The notes: generated by a model from the sequence alone, not told the origin. Positions 24,021 to 34,051 are shown, counted from the first letter of the stretch. The stretch: 64,000 nucleotides of DNA from Alphaproteobacteria bacterium (GCA_965232515.1 CBDDPY010000002.1:1856001-1920000); one strand, 5' to 3'. Translations and numbers: made by a program.

Positions 24021-25075
24021 TGCTTTTCCTGCTCCCTGACACGATCCTCGATCTGCACCGCGATGTGCGGACCGACCCGTCCCATCCGCCCGGCCAGCAG
24101 GCCGATGCCGCCGCATTTCAGCTCGATCACCGATTCCGGATTGCTGTTCAGCATCAGCGTTTCACCGACCTTCAGTTCCATGACCTTGCGCAGGCTCATG
24201 GTCTGTTCGTCGATCACCGCTTCGATGTCGACGTCGGTCGACCAGAGCTCGGTCGCCAGGTGGCTTTCCCAGATCGAATCACGGCCGAACTTCTCGCCCA
24301 TGAACATCTGCAGCAGCAGCTCGCGCACCGGCTCCAGCGTCGCATAGGGCAGGATCAGCTCCAGACGGCCGCCCCGGTCCTCCATGTCGATCCGCAGCTT
24401 CACCAGCACGGCCGCGTTCGCGGGTCGCGCCACTGTGGCGAACCGCGGATTGGTCTCCAACCGGTCGAACTCGAACGTCACCTTGCTCAGCGGTTCGAAG
24501 GCAGTCGTCAGGTCGCCGAGCACGACCTGCACCATCTGCTCGACCAGCGTCAGCTCGATGGTCGTGTAGGGACGGCCTTCGATCCGCATCGCCGCGGTAC
24601 CGCGGCGCCCGCCCAGCAGCACGTCGACGATCGAGTAGATCAGCGCGCTGTCCACGGTCATCAGGCCGTAATTGTCCCATTCCTTGGCCCGGAACACGGA
24701 CAGCATGGCCGGCAGCGGGATCGAGTTCAGGTAATCGCCGAACCGGATCGAGGTGATGTTGTCCAGCGAGACCTCGACGTTGTCGGAGGTGAAATTGCGC
24801 ATCGACGTCGACAGCATGCGGATCAGCCGGTCGAACACCACTTCCAGCATCGGCAGCCGCTCGTAGGAGACGAGCGCGCTGTTGATGATGGCGCGGATGC
24901 CCGTGCGTTCCTGGTCGCTGTCGTCGAAATCGTCGAAGCCCAGCAGGCTGTCGATCTCGTCCTGATTGAGGACCCGGCCGCTGACCGGCCCGGCGTCCTC
25001 CTCGTCGATCATCGACTGCCAGTCTTCGTTGGCGTCGCCGCCGGCTGCGCCGGAATCTTCTTCTTCGTCTGCCAT
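24017..25075 (-). CDS. fliM: Flagellar motor switch protein FliM
   Basis: RVLNQDEIDSLL, YERLPMLEVVFDRL, C-terminal SpoA domain. Confidence 0.97.
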   Translation of the reverse strand: MADEEEDSGAAGGDANEDWQSMIDEEDAGPVSGRVLNQDEIDSLLGFDDFDDSDQERTGIRAIINSALVSYERLPMLEVVFDRLIRMLSTSMRNFTSDNVEVSLDNITSIRFGDYLNSIPLPAMLSVFRAKEWDNYGLMTVDSALIYSIVDVLLGGRRGTAAMRIEGRPYTTIELTLVEQMVQVVLGDLTTAFEPLSKVTFEFDRLETNPRFATVARPANAAVLVKLRIDMEDRGGRLELILPYATLEPVRELLLQMFMGEKFGRDSIWESHLATELWSTDVDIEAVIDEQTMSLRKVMELKVGETLMLNSNPESVIELKCGGIGLLAGRMGRVGPHIAVQIEDRVREQEKQ

Positions 25076-25092
25076 CGCGAACTATGCCTGCA

Positions 25093-25614
25093 CTACTGAA
25101 CCAGCATCTCGCGGAACAGCACGTCGTTGATATGAATGTCGCCGGCCGCGGTATTGACGCGGATCAGCAATTCTTCCTTCAGCCGCATCAGACCGGCCGA
25201 ACCGTTAAGATCTTCCAACCGCAGCTCACGCAGGTAGATCTGGAAATTGTCGATGACGCGGGGCAGCACCGTCTCCAGCACCGGCACCGCCGTCGGATCG
25301 TCGAGTTCCAGCGACACCCTGATTTTCAGATAGTTGTTCTGCTTGCCGCCGGTATTCAGATTAACCAGCATTTCCGGCAGGTCGTAGAACACCACCTCCT
25401 TGGATTTGTCATTGCCGCCGGCCTCGCCATCGGCGGCTTCCGTTTGCTCGGCGTCGCCGGCGAACAGGAAGAAATAGGCCGCGGCGCCCCCGCCACCCAA
25501 GACGAGCAGCAATGGCAGAACGACGAACAGGACCAGCTTCTTACCGCTTGTCTTCTGCTTCTTCGGCGCGTCGCCCTCGGCGCCCTCCAACTCGTCGACG
25601 GCGGCGTCCGTCAT
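25093..25614 (-). CDS. fliL: Flagellar basal-body protein FliL
   Basis: GGGGAAAYFF, LPEMLVNL, PRVID.FQ.YLRELR..DL.GSAG. Confidence 0.95.
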   Translation of the reverse strand: MTDAAVDELEGAEGDAPKKQKTSGKKLVLFVVLPLLLVLGGGGAAAYFFLFAGDAEQTEAADGEAGGNDKSKEVVFYDLPEMLVNLNTGGKQNNYLKIRVSLELDDPTAVPVLETVLPRVIDNFQIYLRELRLEDLNGSAGLMRLKEELLIRVNTAAGDIHINDVLFREMLVQ

Positions 25615-25660
25615 GCAAGCGGTCTCCCTTACTCAGACAGCGGCAATCTAGGGAGGTTTG

Positions 25661-25676
25661 GTTAAAAAGCGGTTGA
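25661..25676 (-). promoter_or_regulatory. Near-consensus CtrA box upstream of fliL
   Basis: Minus strand TCAA-N7-TTAAC (one mismatch). Confidence 0.6.
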
Positions 25677-25750
25677 ATTCGGCCGAACGCGGCCGCTCCC
25701 GGCGCCGAGGCGCAGCGGATCGCCAGTCCGGCCAAACGGCCTCGGGCAAA

Positions 25751-25777
25751 GGCAGGAATTGCCGGGCAAGTCCTGCC
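25751..25777. promoter_or_regulatory. Tandem ftr-like (FlbD enhancer) sites for the flgF promoter
   Basis: GGCA-ggaat-TGCC and GGCA-agtcc-TGCC, 75-100 bp upstream of a sigma54 site. Confidence 0.7.
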
Positions 25778-25850
25778 AGTCGGCCCGCCTCGAACCTCCC
25801 GTCCGCGCGCCGATCGACGCTAAGTGCTTGAGTTTCCCGGACCATCGATG

Positions 25851-25866
25851 TGGCACACGGCATGCA
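25851..25866 (+). promoter_or_regulatory. Sigma54 promoter of flgFGAH
   Basis: TGGCACACGGCATGCA, GG-N10-GC. Confidence 0.8.
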
Positions 25867-25904
25867 GCGGCGATCACCGACGATACGGGAGATCGACTGA
25901 CGCC

Positions 25905-26627
25905 ATGATTGAGAATACAGCCTACATCGCGCTGTCGCGGCAGACCGCGCTGCGCCGCCAGATCGACGTGATCGCCAACAACATCGCCAACATGAATACG
26001 GCGGCCTACAAGAACCAACGGATGCTGTTCGAGGAATACCTCGTCGAACCCGCCGCCAAGACCCGCCTGTCGTTCGTCCAGGACGTCTCGGTGTTCCGCG
26101 AGCTGTCCGCCGGCGAGCTGAGGGCGACCAGCAACCCCCTGGACGTGGCCATCAACGGCGACGGCTACTTCGTCGTCGAGACCGACGGCGGCGAGCGCTA
26201 CACCCGCAATGGCCATTTCCGGCTCGATGCCGACGGCATGCTGGTGACGGCCGGGGGCAACGCGGTGTTGGACATCGACTCGCAGCAGATCCTGCTCGAC
26301 CCGAACGAACGCGAACTGACGATCGCCCGTGACGGCACGATCTCCGGCGCGCTGGGCCCGATCGCCCAGATCGCGGTCGTCGACTTTGACGATCCCTATC
26401 AGTTGAAGGCGCTCGGCGGCAGCCTGTACGAGACCGATCAGCGGCCGCAGCCGGTGGACAATGCCGCCATCGTCCAAGGCATGATCGAAGGCTCGAACGT
26501 CGAGCCGATCGTCGAGATGACCAAGCTGACCACCCTCGCACGCTCCTATCAGTCCACGCAGCGGCTGATCGAGAACGATCACGACCTCCGCCGCCGGACC
26601 ATCCGCGCACTCGGGCGCGTCGGCTAG
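25905..26627 (+). CDS. flgF: Basal-body rod protein FlgF
   Basis: IANNIANMNT, T.NPLDVAING.GYF, YTRNGHF, QGMIEGSNV; start set at MIENTAY. Confidence 0.95.
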   Translation: MIENTAYIALSRQTALRRQIDVIANNIANMNTAAYKNQRMLFEEYLVEPAAKTRLSFVQDVSVFRELSAGELRATSNPLDVAINGDGYFVVETDGGERYTRNGHFRLDADGMLVTAGGNAVLDIDSQQILLDPNERELTIARDGTISGALGPIAQIAVVDFDDPYQLKALGGSLYETDQRPQPVDNAAIVQGMIEGSNVEPIVEMTKLTTLARSYQSTQRLIENDHDLRRRTIRALGRVG

Positions 26628-26672
26628 TCGCGCGCCGGACCGAACGGCTTAGCGTAAGAAAGGACCAATGCC

Positions 26673-27458
26673 ATGCGGAGTTTAAGCATCGCATCGACCG
26701 GCATGTTGGCGCAGCAGCTCAACGTGGAAGTGATTTCCAACAACATCGCCAACATGAACACCACCGGCTACAAGCGCCAGCGGGCCGAGTTTCAGGATCT
26801 GCTGTATCAGAACATGAACCGGACCGGCGCCCAGTCGTCGGACGCCGGCACCGTGGTGCCGACCGGCGTTCAGGTCGGCGTCGGCGTGCGGACCGCCGCC
26901 GTCTACCGCATCAACGACCAGGGCAATGTCATCTCGACGGACAACACCTTCGACCTGGCGATACAGGGTCCCGGCTTCCTGAAGGTCCAGCTGCCTTCGG
27001 GTGAGGATTCCTACACCCGCGCCGGCTCGCTGCAGCTCAGCCCCGACGGCACCATCGTGACCAGCCAGGGCTATACCGTCCAGCCGGCCATCACCATTCC
27101 GCAGGACGCCGTCGACGTGACCATCAACGCCAACGGCGAGGTCTTCGCGAAGATCGACGGGCAGGTCAATCCGCAGAATGTCGGCCAGCTCGAGCTGTCG
27201 ATCTTCTTCAACGAGGCCGGCCTGGAAGGCATCGGCGACAACCTGTTCCTGGAGACCCCGGCCTCGGGTCCGGCCTCGGACGGCGCGCCGGGCGCCGACG
27301 GCTACGGCAAGATCCTGCAGGGTTTCCTGGAGACCTCGAACGTCAATCCCGTGCAGGAAGTGACGTCACTGATCCAGGCCCAGCGGGCCTACGAGATGAA
27401 TTCGAAGGTGATCTCCACCTCCGACGAAATGATGCGAACCATGTCGACGCTCAGGTAG
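26673..27458 (+). CDS. flgG: Distal rod protein FlgG
   Basis: TGMLAQQLNVEVISNNIAN.NT.GYKRQRAEFQDLLYQ, QRAYEMNSKVI. Confidence 0.98.
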   Translation: MRSLSIASTGMLAQQLNVEVISNNIANMNTTGYKRQRAEFQDLLYQNMNRTGAQSSDAGTVVPTGVQVGVGVRTAAVYRINDQGNVISTDNTFDLAIQGPGFLKVQLPSGEDSYTRAGSLQLSPDGTIVTSQGYTVQPAITIPQDAVDVTINANGEVFAKIDGQVNPQNVGQLELSIFFNEAGLEGIGDNLFLETPASGPASDGAPGADGYGKILQGFLETSNVNPVQEVTSLIQAQRAYEMNSKVISTSDEMMRTMSTLR

Positions 27459-27474
27459 CGGCCGGAGACTGATC

Positions 27475-28230
27475 ATGCGCACCATGCTTTTCGCCTTCTG
27501 CCTGCTCGCCGCTTTGGCGACCGCCGGCACCGCCGCCGCCGACGAGACGCGCTTGCGCAGTGTCGGCGAACCCGAGATCGTCGAGGCCCTGCGGCTGGCG
27601 CTGCTGGCCAAGGGCATTTCGGGCGACATCCGGATCGCGCTCGCCAAGCAACCGCGGGTCCTTCGCGTGCCGGAGGATGCTGGGATCGCTGTGCTCAACC
27701 TGGACTACGCGCCCCGGACCAGCAGGTTCTCGGCCCGGCTCGCGGCCACCGGCCAGGACCCGGGCGGCAGGAGCTTCCGGCTGACCGGCCGCGCCGTCCC
27801 GGTCGTCGCCATGCCGGCGCTGACGCGGACGGTGCCCGCCGGCGTCGTGATCGAAAAGGCCGATATCGGCTGGATCGAGATCGAGGCCGGGCGGCTGCCC
27901 CGCGACGCGCTGGCCGATCTCGATGCGATCGTCGGCAAATCCGCCCGCCGCCCGCTGCCGGCCGGCCGGCTGCTGCGCCAACGAGACGTCAGCACGCCGA
28001 TCCTGGTGCGCAAGGGCACGCTCGTCACCATGGTTGTCATCGCCCCCGGTCTTGAACTCAGGGCTACGGGACGCGTGCTGGAGAACGGCGGCCGCGGCGA
28101 CATGATCAGGGTCATGAACGTTGGCAGCAAGCGTACCGTCCAGGCCGTCGTCTGGTCGGCGAGCCAGGTGCGCATTCCCACCCGACCGCAGATCGCCGCC
28201 ACGGCGTCGCTCCAGGAGGCCGGACAATGA
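27475..28230 (+). CDS. flgA: P-ring chaperone FlgA
   Basis: Signal peptide, SAF domain, LVRKG..V...GLEL.A.G..LENG..GD.IRV.N..S. Confidence 0.9.
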   Translation: MRTMLFAFCLLAALATAGTAAADETRLRSVGEPEIVEALRLALLAKGISGDIRIALAKQPRVLRVPEDAGIAVLNLDYAPRTSRFSARLAATGQDPGGRSFRLTGRAVPVVAMPALTRTVPAGVVIEKADIGWIEIEAGRLPRDALADLDAIVGKSARRPLPAGRLLRQRDVSTPILVRKGTLVTMVVIAPGLELRATGRVLENGGRGDMIRVMNVGSKRTVQAVVWSASQVRIPTRPQIAATASLQEAGQ

Positions 28231-28985
28231 GCAGGTCCTTGTCTCCGATCCCCCGTATCGTCGCAATCGGCGTCGTGGCGGCGCTGCTCGGCGGCTGCAA
28301 CACCCTGCAGCGTCTGAAGACGATCGGCGAGGCGCCGCCCATGAGCCCGATCGTCAATCCGGTGCAGCAGCCGGAATACCAGCCGGTGGTCCTGCCGATG
28401 CCACGGCCGGAATCCTCGGTGCATCAGCCGAACTCGCTCTGGCGGGCCGGCGCCCGCGCCTTCTTCAAGGATCAGCGGGCCGCCCGCGTTGGCGACATTC
28501 TGACCGTGAACATCACCATCGAGGACGAGGCAACGATCGATAACGAGACGACGCGCAGCCGGCAGAACACCGAGGACGCCAATCTGACCAAGTTCCTCGG
28601 CTACGAGGGCAGCCTTGGCGCCATTCTGCCGCAGTCGATCGACCCGACCGACCTGGTCGACGCCCAGAGCAACTCCAGCAGCACCGGCCGCGGCAGCGTC
28701 AACCGCAGCGAAAGCATCAAGCTGAACGTCGCCGCGATCATCACGCAGGTGCTGCCGAACGGCAATATGGTGCTGACCGGCAGTCAGGAAGTCCGGGTCA
28801 ACTACGAGGTCCGGGTCCTGACCGTGTCCGGCGTCGTGCGGCCCGAGGACATCAGCGCCGTCAACACCATCAACCACACCCAGATCGCCGAGGCCCGCAT
28901 CGCCTACGGCGGCCGTGGCCAGATCACCGACGTGCAGCAGCCGCGCTACGGCCAACAGCTCTACGACGTCATTTTCCCGTTTTGA
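28227..28985 (+). CDS. flgH: L-ring lipoprotein FlgH
   Basis: Lipobox LLGGC, FFKDQRA..VGDILTV, LPNGN, ARIAYGGRG. Confidence 0.97.
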   Translation: MSRSLSPIPRIVAIGVVAALLGGCNTLQRLKTIGEAPPMSPIVNPVQQPEYQPVVLPMPRPESSVHQPNSLWRAGARAFFKDQRAARVGDILTVNITIEDEATIDNETTRSRQNTEDANLTKFLGYEGSLGAILPQSIDPTDLVDAQSNSSSTGRGSVNRSESIKLNVAAIITQVLPNGNMVLTGSQEVRVNYEVRVLTVSGVVRPEDISAVNTINHTQIAEARIAYGGRGQITDVQQPRYGQQLYDVIFPF

Positions 28986-29004
28986 GTGGAGGGACGGTGC
29001 CAAA

Positions 29005-29038
29005 GGAAAGGGCCGGTTCCGTCGAACCGGCCCTTTCC
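29005..29038. terminator. Hairpin (probably bidirectional terminator) between convergent flgH and dksA
   Basis: 15-bp stem ggaaagggccggttc-cgtc-gaaccggccctttcc. Confidence 0.75.
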
Positions 29039-29095
29039 GATTGGCTGACATCTGCGTGGGCGGCGGCGGTGACGTCCGTCGCCGGCCGGGCGGCA

Positions 29096-29515
29096 TCAAT
29101 CGTCGCGGTAGACTTTCTCGCGCCGCTCGTGGCGCTCCTGCGCCTCGATCGACAGCGTCGCGATCGGACGTGCTTCCAGCCGCTGCAGGCTGATCGGCTC
29201 GCCGGTCTCTTCGCAATAGCCGTACGACCCGTCGTCGATGCGCCGCAGCGCGGCATCGATCTTGGAAATCAGCTTGCGCTGACGGTCCCGCGTGCGCAGT
29301 TCGATCGAACGCTCGGATTCCGTCGACGCGCGATCGGCGATATCCGGCGCCTGCGCCGTATCCTCTTGCAGATGGCTCAGGGTTTCCTGAGCATCTTTCA
29401 GGATCTCGTCTTTCCAATCCATCAACTTGCGGCGGAAATACTCCCGCTGCCGCGGCCCCATGAACGGCTCGGACGCCGACGGCTTGTACTCCGGTGGCAA
29501 CGTCACATCATCCAT
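29096..29515 (-). CDS. dksA: RNA polymerase-binding protein DksA (one-Cys alphaproteobacterial type)
   Basis: PDIADRAS.E, ELRTRDRQRKLISKID, YGYCEETGEPI..RLEARP.AT. Confidence 0.97.
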   Translation of the reverse strand: MDDVTLPPEYKPSASEPFMGPRQREYFRRKLMDWKDEILKDAQETLSHLQEDTAQAPDIADRASTESERSIELRTRDRQRKLISKIDAALRRIDDGSYGYCEETGEPISLQRLEARPIATLSIEAQERHERREKVYRDD

Positions 29516-29628
29516 CTTAAAACCTCTACCGCACTGCGCTGGCCAGGACGCGGCGCGAATATATCCATGGCCAGGGCGGGCATCAAGCGGACCGCGGCCC
29601 TGGTCGCCGCAAAGTTACCGGGGCGCGC

Positions 29629-30054
29629 TCAGCCCGCCACTCGGAATTTGGCTAATTCTACCGCCGCGCGTAGCTCGATCTCGCTCAGCAGCGCGGAAAG
29701 CCGCGGATCGGTTGTGTTTGCCCGCCTTTTTTGCACGGCCTGGGTTAATTGCTGCAGGCGTTCCGGCGAAATTCGCCCCAGCAGCAATCCATGGCGGATC
29801 TCGTCCAGCATATCGAGCATATCGGCGCCACGCTGCAGGCCCCGGCTCCGGCCGTTTGCCGCGTCCGGCACTTCCTGCAGCAGTAGCAGCGTATCGGTCG
29901 CGGCCGCCGGCCCGGCGGCGCCGGTCTTCGGCGTCTCAGCCTCGTCGGTGACCGACGGCAGCCGGAACGCACCGCCGCCGGACGGCCGGCCGGCCGCCCT
30001 GTCGGTGCGCCGCGGCGTGGCGGCGCGCGTGCCGGCCATACCCGAAACTTTCAT
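29629..30054 (-). CDS. fliX: Flagellar regulator FliX
   Basis: LL.LQE...RG.DMLD.LD..R.GLL.G, DP.L..LL.EIELRAAVELAK; divergent from flgI. Confidence 0.9.
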   Translation of the reverse strand: MKVSGMAGTRAATPRRTDRAAGRPSGGGAFRLPSVTDEAETPKTGAAGPAAATDTLLLLQEVPDAANGRSRGLQRGADMLDMLDEIRHGLLLGRISPERLQQLTQAVQKRRANTTDPRLSALLSEIELRAAVELAKFRVAG

Positions 30055-30139
30055 GTCGGTCCGCCTTGTGACATCGGCTTCAATCGGCAGCAGGATCGCC
30101 GTGTGGCGTTAACAAGCTGTGAAAATCGGCCGCCCGGCC

Positions 30140-30260
30140 GGCAGATCTTGCCGGTTTCCGGAAAGCCTTGCCGACCAGCCCCTGTCCGACCCCGCTGTCA
30201 ATATCTAAGCCTCTGATTTCATTGATAAATTACAAAGCGACGGCTGGCACGCGTTTCGCT
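30140..30260 (+). promoter_or_regulatory. ftr-like sites, IHF-like site and sigma54 promoter of flgI
   Basis: GGCA-gatct-TGCC (30140-30152), GGAA-agcct-TGCC (30160-30172), AT-rich IHF-like tract, TGGCACGCGTTTCGCT (30245-30260). Confidence 0.75.
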
Positions 30261-30298
30261 AGGATGGCTGCAGTGACATGGCTTGCTCGGGATCCGGT

Positions 30299-31465
30299 AT
30301 GACGCATGCAATCGAGCCTTCTGTAGATCGCGGCCCGCGGCGCTGGCGCCGTGGGCTGAACCTTGCCCTGACGGCGGCGGTTTTGGTGCTCGGGTCGGCG
30401 GTGCTGAACCCGGCCGAGGCCGTTTCGCGGGTCAAGGACATTGCCGACTTCGAAGGCATTCGGGAAAACATGCTGATCGGCTACGGCTTGGTCGTCGGCC
30501 TGAACGGCACCGGCGACAGCCTGCGCAACGCGCCCTTCACCCGCCAGAGCCTGGCGGCCATGCTGGAACGGTTGGGCGTGAACACCCGTGACGCCAATCT
30601 GAACACCGACAACGTCGCCGCGGTCATGGTCACGGCGAACCTGCCGGCGTTTTCGCGCCAGGGAACCAGAATTGACGTCACCGTCAGCGCCTTCGGCGAT
30701 TCCGAGAGCCTGCTCGGCGGCACCCTGCTGATCACCCCTCTGTTTGGCGCCGACGGCGAGGTCTATGCCGTCGCCCAGGGGCCGCTGGCGGTTGGCGGGT
30801 TTTCCGTCGGCGGTGACGCGCAGACGGTCGTCAAGGGCGTGCCGACCAGCGCCCGGATCGCCAATGGCGCCATCGTCGAGCGTGAGATCCCGTTCGAGCT
30901 GGCCTCGCTCGAGAATGTGCGGATCACGCTGCGCAACCCCGATCTTACAACCGCAAGACGCATTTCACAGGCAATCAACACGTTTCTCGGCGGCCCTCAG
31001 GCGCGCCCGCTCGATCCTTCGACCGTCATGTTCGTGCCGCCGGCCGGCAACCAGCGGCCTCTGATCGAGCTGATGACGGATATCGAGCAGCTGACAGTCG
31101 AGCCGGATCAGCCCGCTCGCGTGGTGATCGACGAGCAGGCCGGCATCATCGTCATGGGCGCCGGCGTGCGGATCGACGAAATCGCCATCGCACAGGGCAA
31201 TCTGACCGTGCGCGTCACCGAGACGCCGCAGGTCTCGCAACCCAACGCCTTCGCCGAGCAGGGCCAGACCGTCGTCGTGCCCCGCACCGACGTCGAGGTC
31301 GACGAGGAGGACGAGAACCGCATGCTGGTATTGCAGAAGGGCGTCAGCCTGCAATCCCTGGTCGACGGACTGAACGCGCTTGGCGTCGGCCCCCGGGACC
31401 TGATCTCGATCCTACAGACGATCAAGACCGCCGGCGCCCTGCAGGCCGAGATCGTGGTGCAGTAG
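30299..31465 (+). CDS. flgI: P-ring protein FlgI
   Basis: RVKDI...GIRENMLIGYGLVVGLNGTGD, NVAAVMVTA, AGALQAEI; start 30278 or 30299. Confidence 0.97.
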   Translation: MTHAIEPSVDRGPRRWRRGLNLALTAAVLVLGSAVLNPAEAVSRVKDIADFEGIRENMLIGYGLVVGLNGTGDSLRNAPFTRQSLAAMLERLGVNTRDANLNTDNVAAVMVTANLPAFSRQGTRIDVTVSAFGDSESLLGGTLLITPLFGADGEVYAVAQGPLAVGGFSVGGDAQTVVKGVPTSARIANGAIVEREIPFELASLENVRITLRNPDLTTARRISQAINTFLGGPQARPLDPSTVMFVPPAGNQRPLIELMTDIEQLTVEPDQPARVVIDEQAGIIVMGAGVRIDEIAIAQGNLTVRVTETPQVSQPNAFAEQGQTVVVPRTDVEVDEEDENRMLVLQKGVSLQSLVDGLNALGVGPRDLISILQTIKTAGALQAEIVVQ

Positions 31466-31467
31466 CC

Positions 31468-31794
31468 ATGGTCGACAATCTCCCGCTACTCACGGCCAAC
31501 GGTCCGGCGCGCGCCGGGCTGCCGGCCCTCGGCAAGACCGACGGCGCCACCGTCGACCACCAGGCCCTCGCGGCAGCGCGCTCGTTCGAGGCGTTTTTTC
31601 TCACCCAGATGCTCGAGCAGATGTCGGCCGGCATCGACACTGACGGCCCGTTCGGCGGCGGCCAGAGCGAGAAGCTCTACCGCTCGATGCTGAACCAGCA
31701 ATACGCCCAACACTTGTCGGAGGCCGGCGGCATCGGCCTTGCCGATACGATCTACGCCGAACTCATCAAAATGCAGGAGTCATTGTCGTCATGA
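31468..31794 (+). CDS. flgJ: Rod-binding protein (short FlgJ)
   Basis: A.SFEAFFL.QML..M, FGGG..E..YRSML, GGIGLAD. Confidence 0.85.
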   Translation: MVDNLPLLTANGPARAGLPALGKTDGATVDHQALAAARSFEAFFLTQMLEQMSAGIDTDGPFGGGQSEKLYRSMLNQQYAQHLSEAGGIGLADTIYAELIKMQESLSS

Positions 31795-32231
31795 GCGCCG
31801 AAACCCTGATCAAGAACCTGACCGAGGTCGCCAGCCGGCTGGGCGAGTTGGTGGCCACCGAAAACGATATCCTGCGCGACCGCAGGCCGATGGATCTGGA
31901 AGTCTATCGGGATGAGAAGGAACGGCTGACCGAGGCCTACGAGCGCCACACGGCGGCGCTGGCGCGCGACACCGCGGCGCTCAAGACCGTCGAGCCGGCC
32001 ACCATCGAGCAGCTGCGGTCCGCGACCCGGCGGTTTCAGGATGTGCTGGAAGAACACCGCCGCCGTGTGCAATCGGCGAAAACGGTGACGGAGCGGATGA
32101 TACGGGCGATTACCGAGGACGTCGCCAGCCGCGACCGCATGGTCAAGGGCTACGACGGCAATGCCATGATGCGGCCGGTCATCGGCCGCGGCGAAAAAGC
32201 CGTATCGCTGGCGCTGAACCGCGTGGTTTAG
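31791..32231 (+). CDS. FlgN/FlbY-like export chaperone
   Basis: All-helical 146 aa (L..L...EN..L, K..L...Y), coupled downstream of flgJ. Confidence 0.65.
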   Translation: MSAETLIKNLTEVASRLGELVATENDILRDRRPMDLEVYRDEKERLTEAYERHTAALARDTAALKTVEPATIEQLRSATRRFQDVLEEHRRRVQSAKTVTERMIRAITEDVASRDRMVKGYDGNAMMRPVIGRGEKAVSLALNRVV

Positions 32232-32256
32232 CGCGGAACGTCGGCGGACTTGCGCG

Positions 32257-32613
32257 CTAGAGCAATTCGTCGACCGAGAGGCCGGCGATTTCACGCAAGC
32301 GGCCCAGGCTGGCGCGCAGCTCCTCGGGCGGATATTCGCGGACGACCTCGCCGGTCGATGGATCCAGGCCGCGATAGACGAAGCGGTTCGTCTGTTCGTC
32401 GAAATCAATCGACAAGCGAAGGTTGTCCCCGCCCTTGGCCTGCTCGAAAAGCCGCTGCAATTGATCGATCTTGGCGACCCGATCGTCGCGCGGTTTTTCC
32501 TCCGGATTGGCGCCTTGAACCGACGCCGACGGCTGCTTTTCTTCTTCCGGCTTCTCAAGAAGCCGGGTCTGTACCGTCGGCGAAGGCGGTTGCGTGGTCG
32601 ATACGTTCTGCAT
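32257..32613 (-). CDS. flaG: Flagellar protein FlaG
   Basis: L.I.FDEQTNRFV....D..TGEVVREYPPEE...GL.VD. Confidence 0.85.
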   Translation of the reverse strand: MQNVSTTQPPSPTVQTRLLEKPEEEKQPSASVQGANPEEKPRDDRVAKIDQLQRLFEQAKGGDNLRLSIDFDEQTNRFVYRGLDPSTGEVVREYPPEELRASLGRLREIAGLSVDELL

Positions 32614-32642
32614 ATCGGTTCACCTCGTGCATGGGCTTGTCG

Positions 32643-33065
32643 CTAGACGACTCGCACCTCCTCCCCTGTTTTTTCCGTCGAACTCATTAAATCCGCCGCG
32701 CCCTCCGGCGCATCGGCGGCGACCGAGGCCGCCAGTCCGGACATGATGTTCCGGTTCACCTCGATCAGCGGCTCCAACTCGCCCTTTTGGTTCAGGGCTT
32801 GCCGCGAATGCCTGTCTACCCAAATGGCCAGCGAGATGATCCCGGCCCGGATCTTCTCCGGCAGGCGGTTGTCGTCGGACGCGCAATCCGCCTGCAGGGT
32901 CAACCAGAGCCGCCGGTTCCAGTGGATGGCTCTGACTAGCTGGCCACGGTCGCCGGCCTCCTGCGCATCCAGCATGGCGCGGGTGACCTGCGCGAAGAGC
33001 CTGTATTCCGTTTGTCTCGCGTCTTCCGTTGCGACCTGCGTCGCCTGGTATTGCTCGAATGACAT
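32643..33065 (-). CDS. flaF: Flagellin regulator/chaperone FlaF (copy 1)
   Basis: R.TEYRLFAQVT, HWNRRLW, N.LP..IRA.IISLAIWV, LI.VNR.IM.GL. Confidence 0.93.
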   Translation of the reverse strand: MSFEQYQATQVATEDARQTEYRLFAQVTRAMLDAQEAGDRGQLVRAIHWNRRLWLTLQADCASDDNRLPEKIRAGIISLAIWVDRHSRQALNQKGELEPLIEVNRNIMSGLAASVAADAPEGAADLMSSTEKTGEEVRVV

Positions 33066-33120
33066 CGATGCTCCGTCCGATAGTGTTCAAAGGCCGTCGC
33101 ACACCGCCATGGCGGCCGGA

Positions 33121-33148
33121 GCGTGGAGCCGGAACGCCGGCTCCACGC
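33121..33148 (-). terminator. Hairpin downstream of flagellin 1 (attenuating or stabilising)
   Basis: 12-bp stem gcgtggagccgg-aacg-ccggctccacgc; no clear U tract. Confidence 0.55.
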
Positions 33149-33159
33149 CCCTGTTTCGC

Positions 33160-33975
33160 CTAACCGAACAGCGCGAGGATGGTCTGCGGTCCGGAGTTTG
33201 CGATGGCGAGCGACTGCACGCCGAGCTGCTGCTGGATCTGCAGCGACTGCAGCTTGGCGCTTTCGGCCGCCAGGTCGGCGTCGACCAGGTTGCCGACACC
33301 GGCCTTGAAGATGTCCTGCAGCTTGGTCGTGAACTCGGACTGCACTTCGATGCGCTTGGCCACCGAGCCGAGCGCCGCCAGCTTGTCCGACACCTTGGTG
33401 ATGGCGGTGTCGATGGCGGTGAGCGCGGTGGCGGCGTTGGCGCTGGAGGTCAGGTCCGAGGACGCGATGCCGAGCGTGCTGGAGTCCATCTTCTGGGCGC
33501 TGACGGCGATGGTCGAGCCGTCGACCGTGCTGAGCACCGAGGTCGCCGAGGCGCTGGTGTTGATCAGATTGGTGCCGTTGAAGTCGGCGGTGGCGACGAC
33601 GGTGGCGATCTGATCGCGCAGCGCGACGAAGTCGTTGTGCAGGGACGAGCGCGAGGCGCTGTCCAGGCCGGCCTGGTTGGCCTGCACGACCTTGGCCTTC
33701 ATTTCGGTCAGCAGGTCGCTGATCGACTGGCCGGCGGTGATGGCGACGTCGAGGGTGGCCTCGCCGTTGGCGAGCGCGGTCTTGACGGCGGTCATACCGG
33801 CGATGTCACCGCGCAGGTTCTGGGCGATGGCGTATGTCGCGGCGTCGTCTTTCGGGCCGCTGACCTTGAGGCCGGTGGTGATGGCGAGCTGGGTCTTCTC
33901 CAGCATCCGGTTGGTGCTGTTCAGGTTCTGCAGGGCGGCCATCGCGCCCCGGTTGGTGTTAATGGACAAAGTCAT
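33160..33975 (-). CDS. Flagellin 1 (short, Caulobacter Flj-like)
   Basis: SINTN.GA..ALQNL, I.TGLKV, GVGNLVDADLA.ES..LQSLQ.QQQLG.Q.L.IAN. Confidence 0.97.
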   Translation of the reverse strand: MTLSINTNRGAMAALQNLNSTNRMLEKTQLAITTGLKVSGPKDDAATYAIAQNLRGDIAGMTAVKTALANGEATLDVAITAGQSISDLLTEMKAKVVQANQAGLDSASRSSLHNDFVALRDQIATVVATADFNGTNLINTSASATSVLSTVDGSTIAVSAQKMDSSTLGIASSDLTSSANAATALTAIDTAITKVSDKLAALGSVAKRIEVQSEFTTKLQDIFKAGVGNLVDADLAAESAKLQSLQIQQQLGVQSLAIANSGPQTILALFG

Positions 33976-34051
33976 GGAACGAGCTCCTCATTCTGAAGCC
34001 ACAATCTCGCGTTTTGCGCGAGTCGACGCACATTGCGCCATGGCTTAGAGG

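Noticed and set aside
29096-29515. DksA without the four-Cys zinc finger
   Set aside because: The one-Cys form is typical for Alphaproteobacteria, as is its position beside flgH/fliX
31468-31794. FlgJ lacking a muramidase domain as a possible pseudogene
   Set aside because: Single-domain rod-binding FlgJ is normal in Alphaproteobacteria
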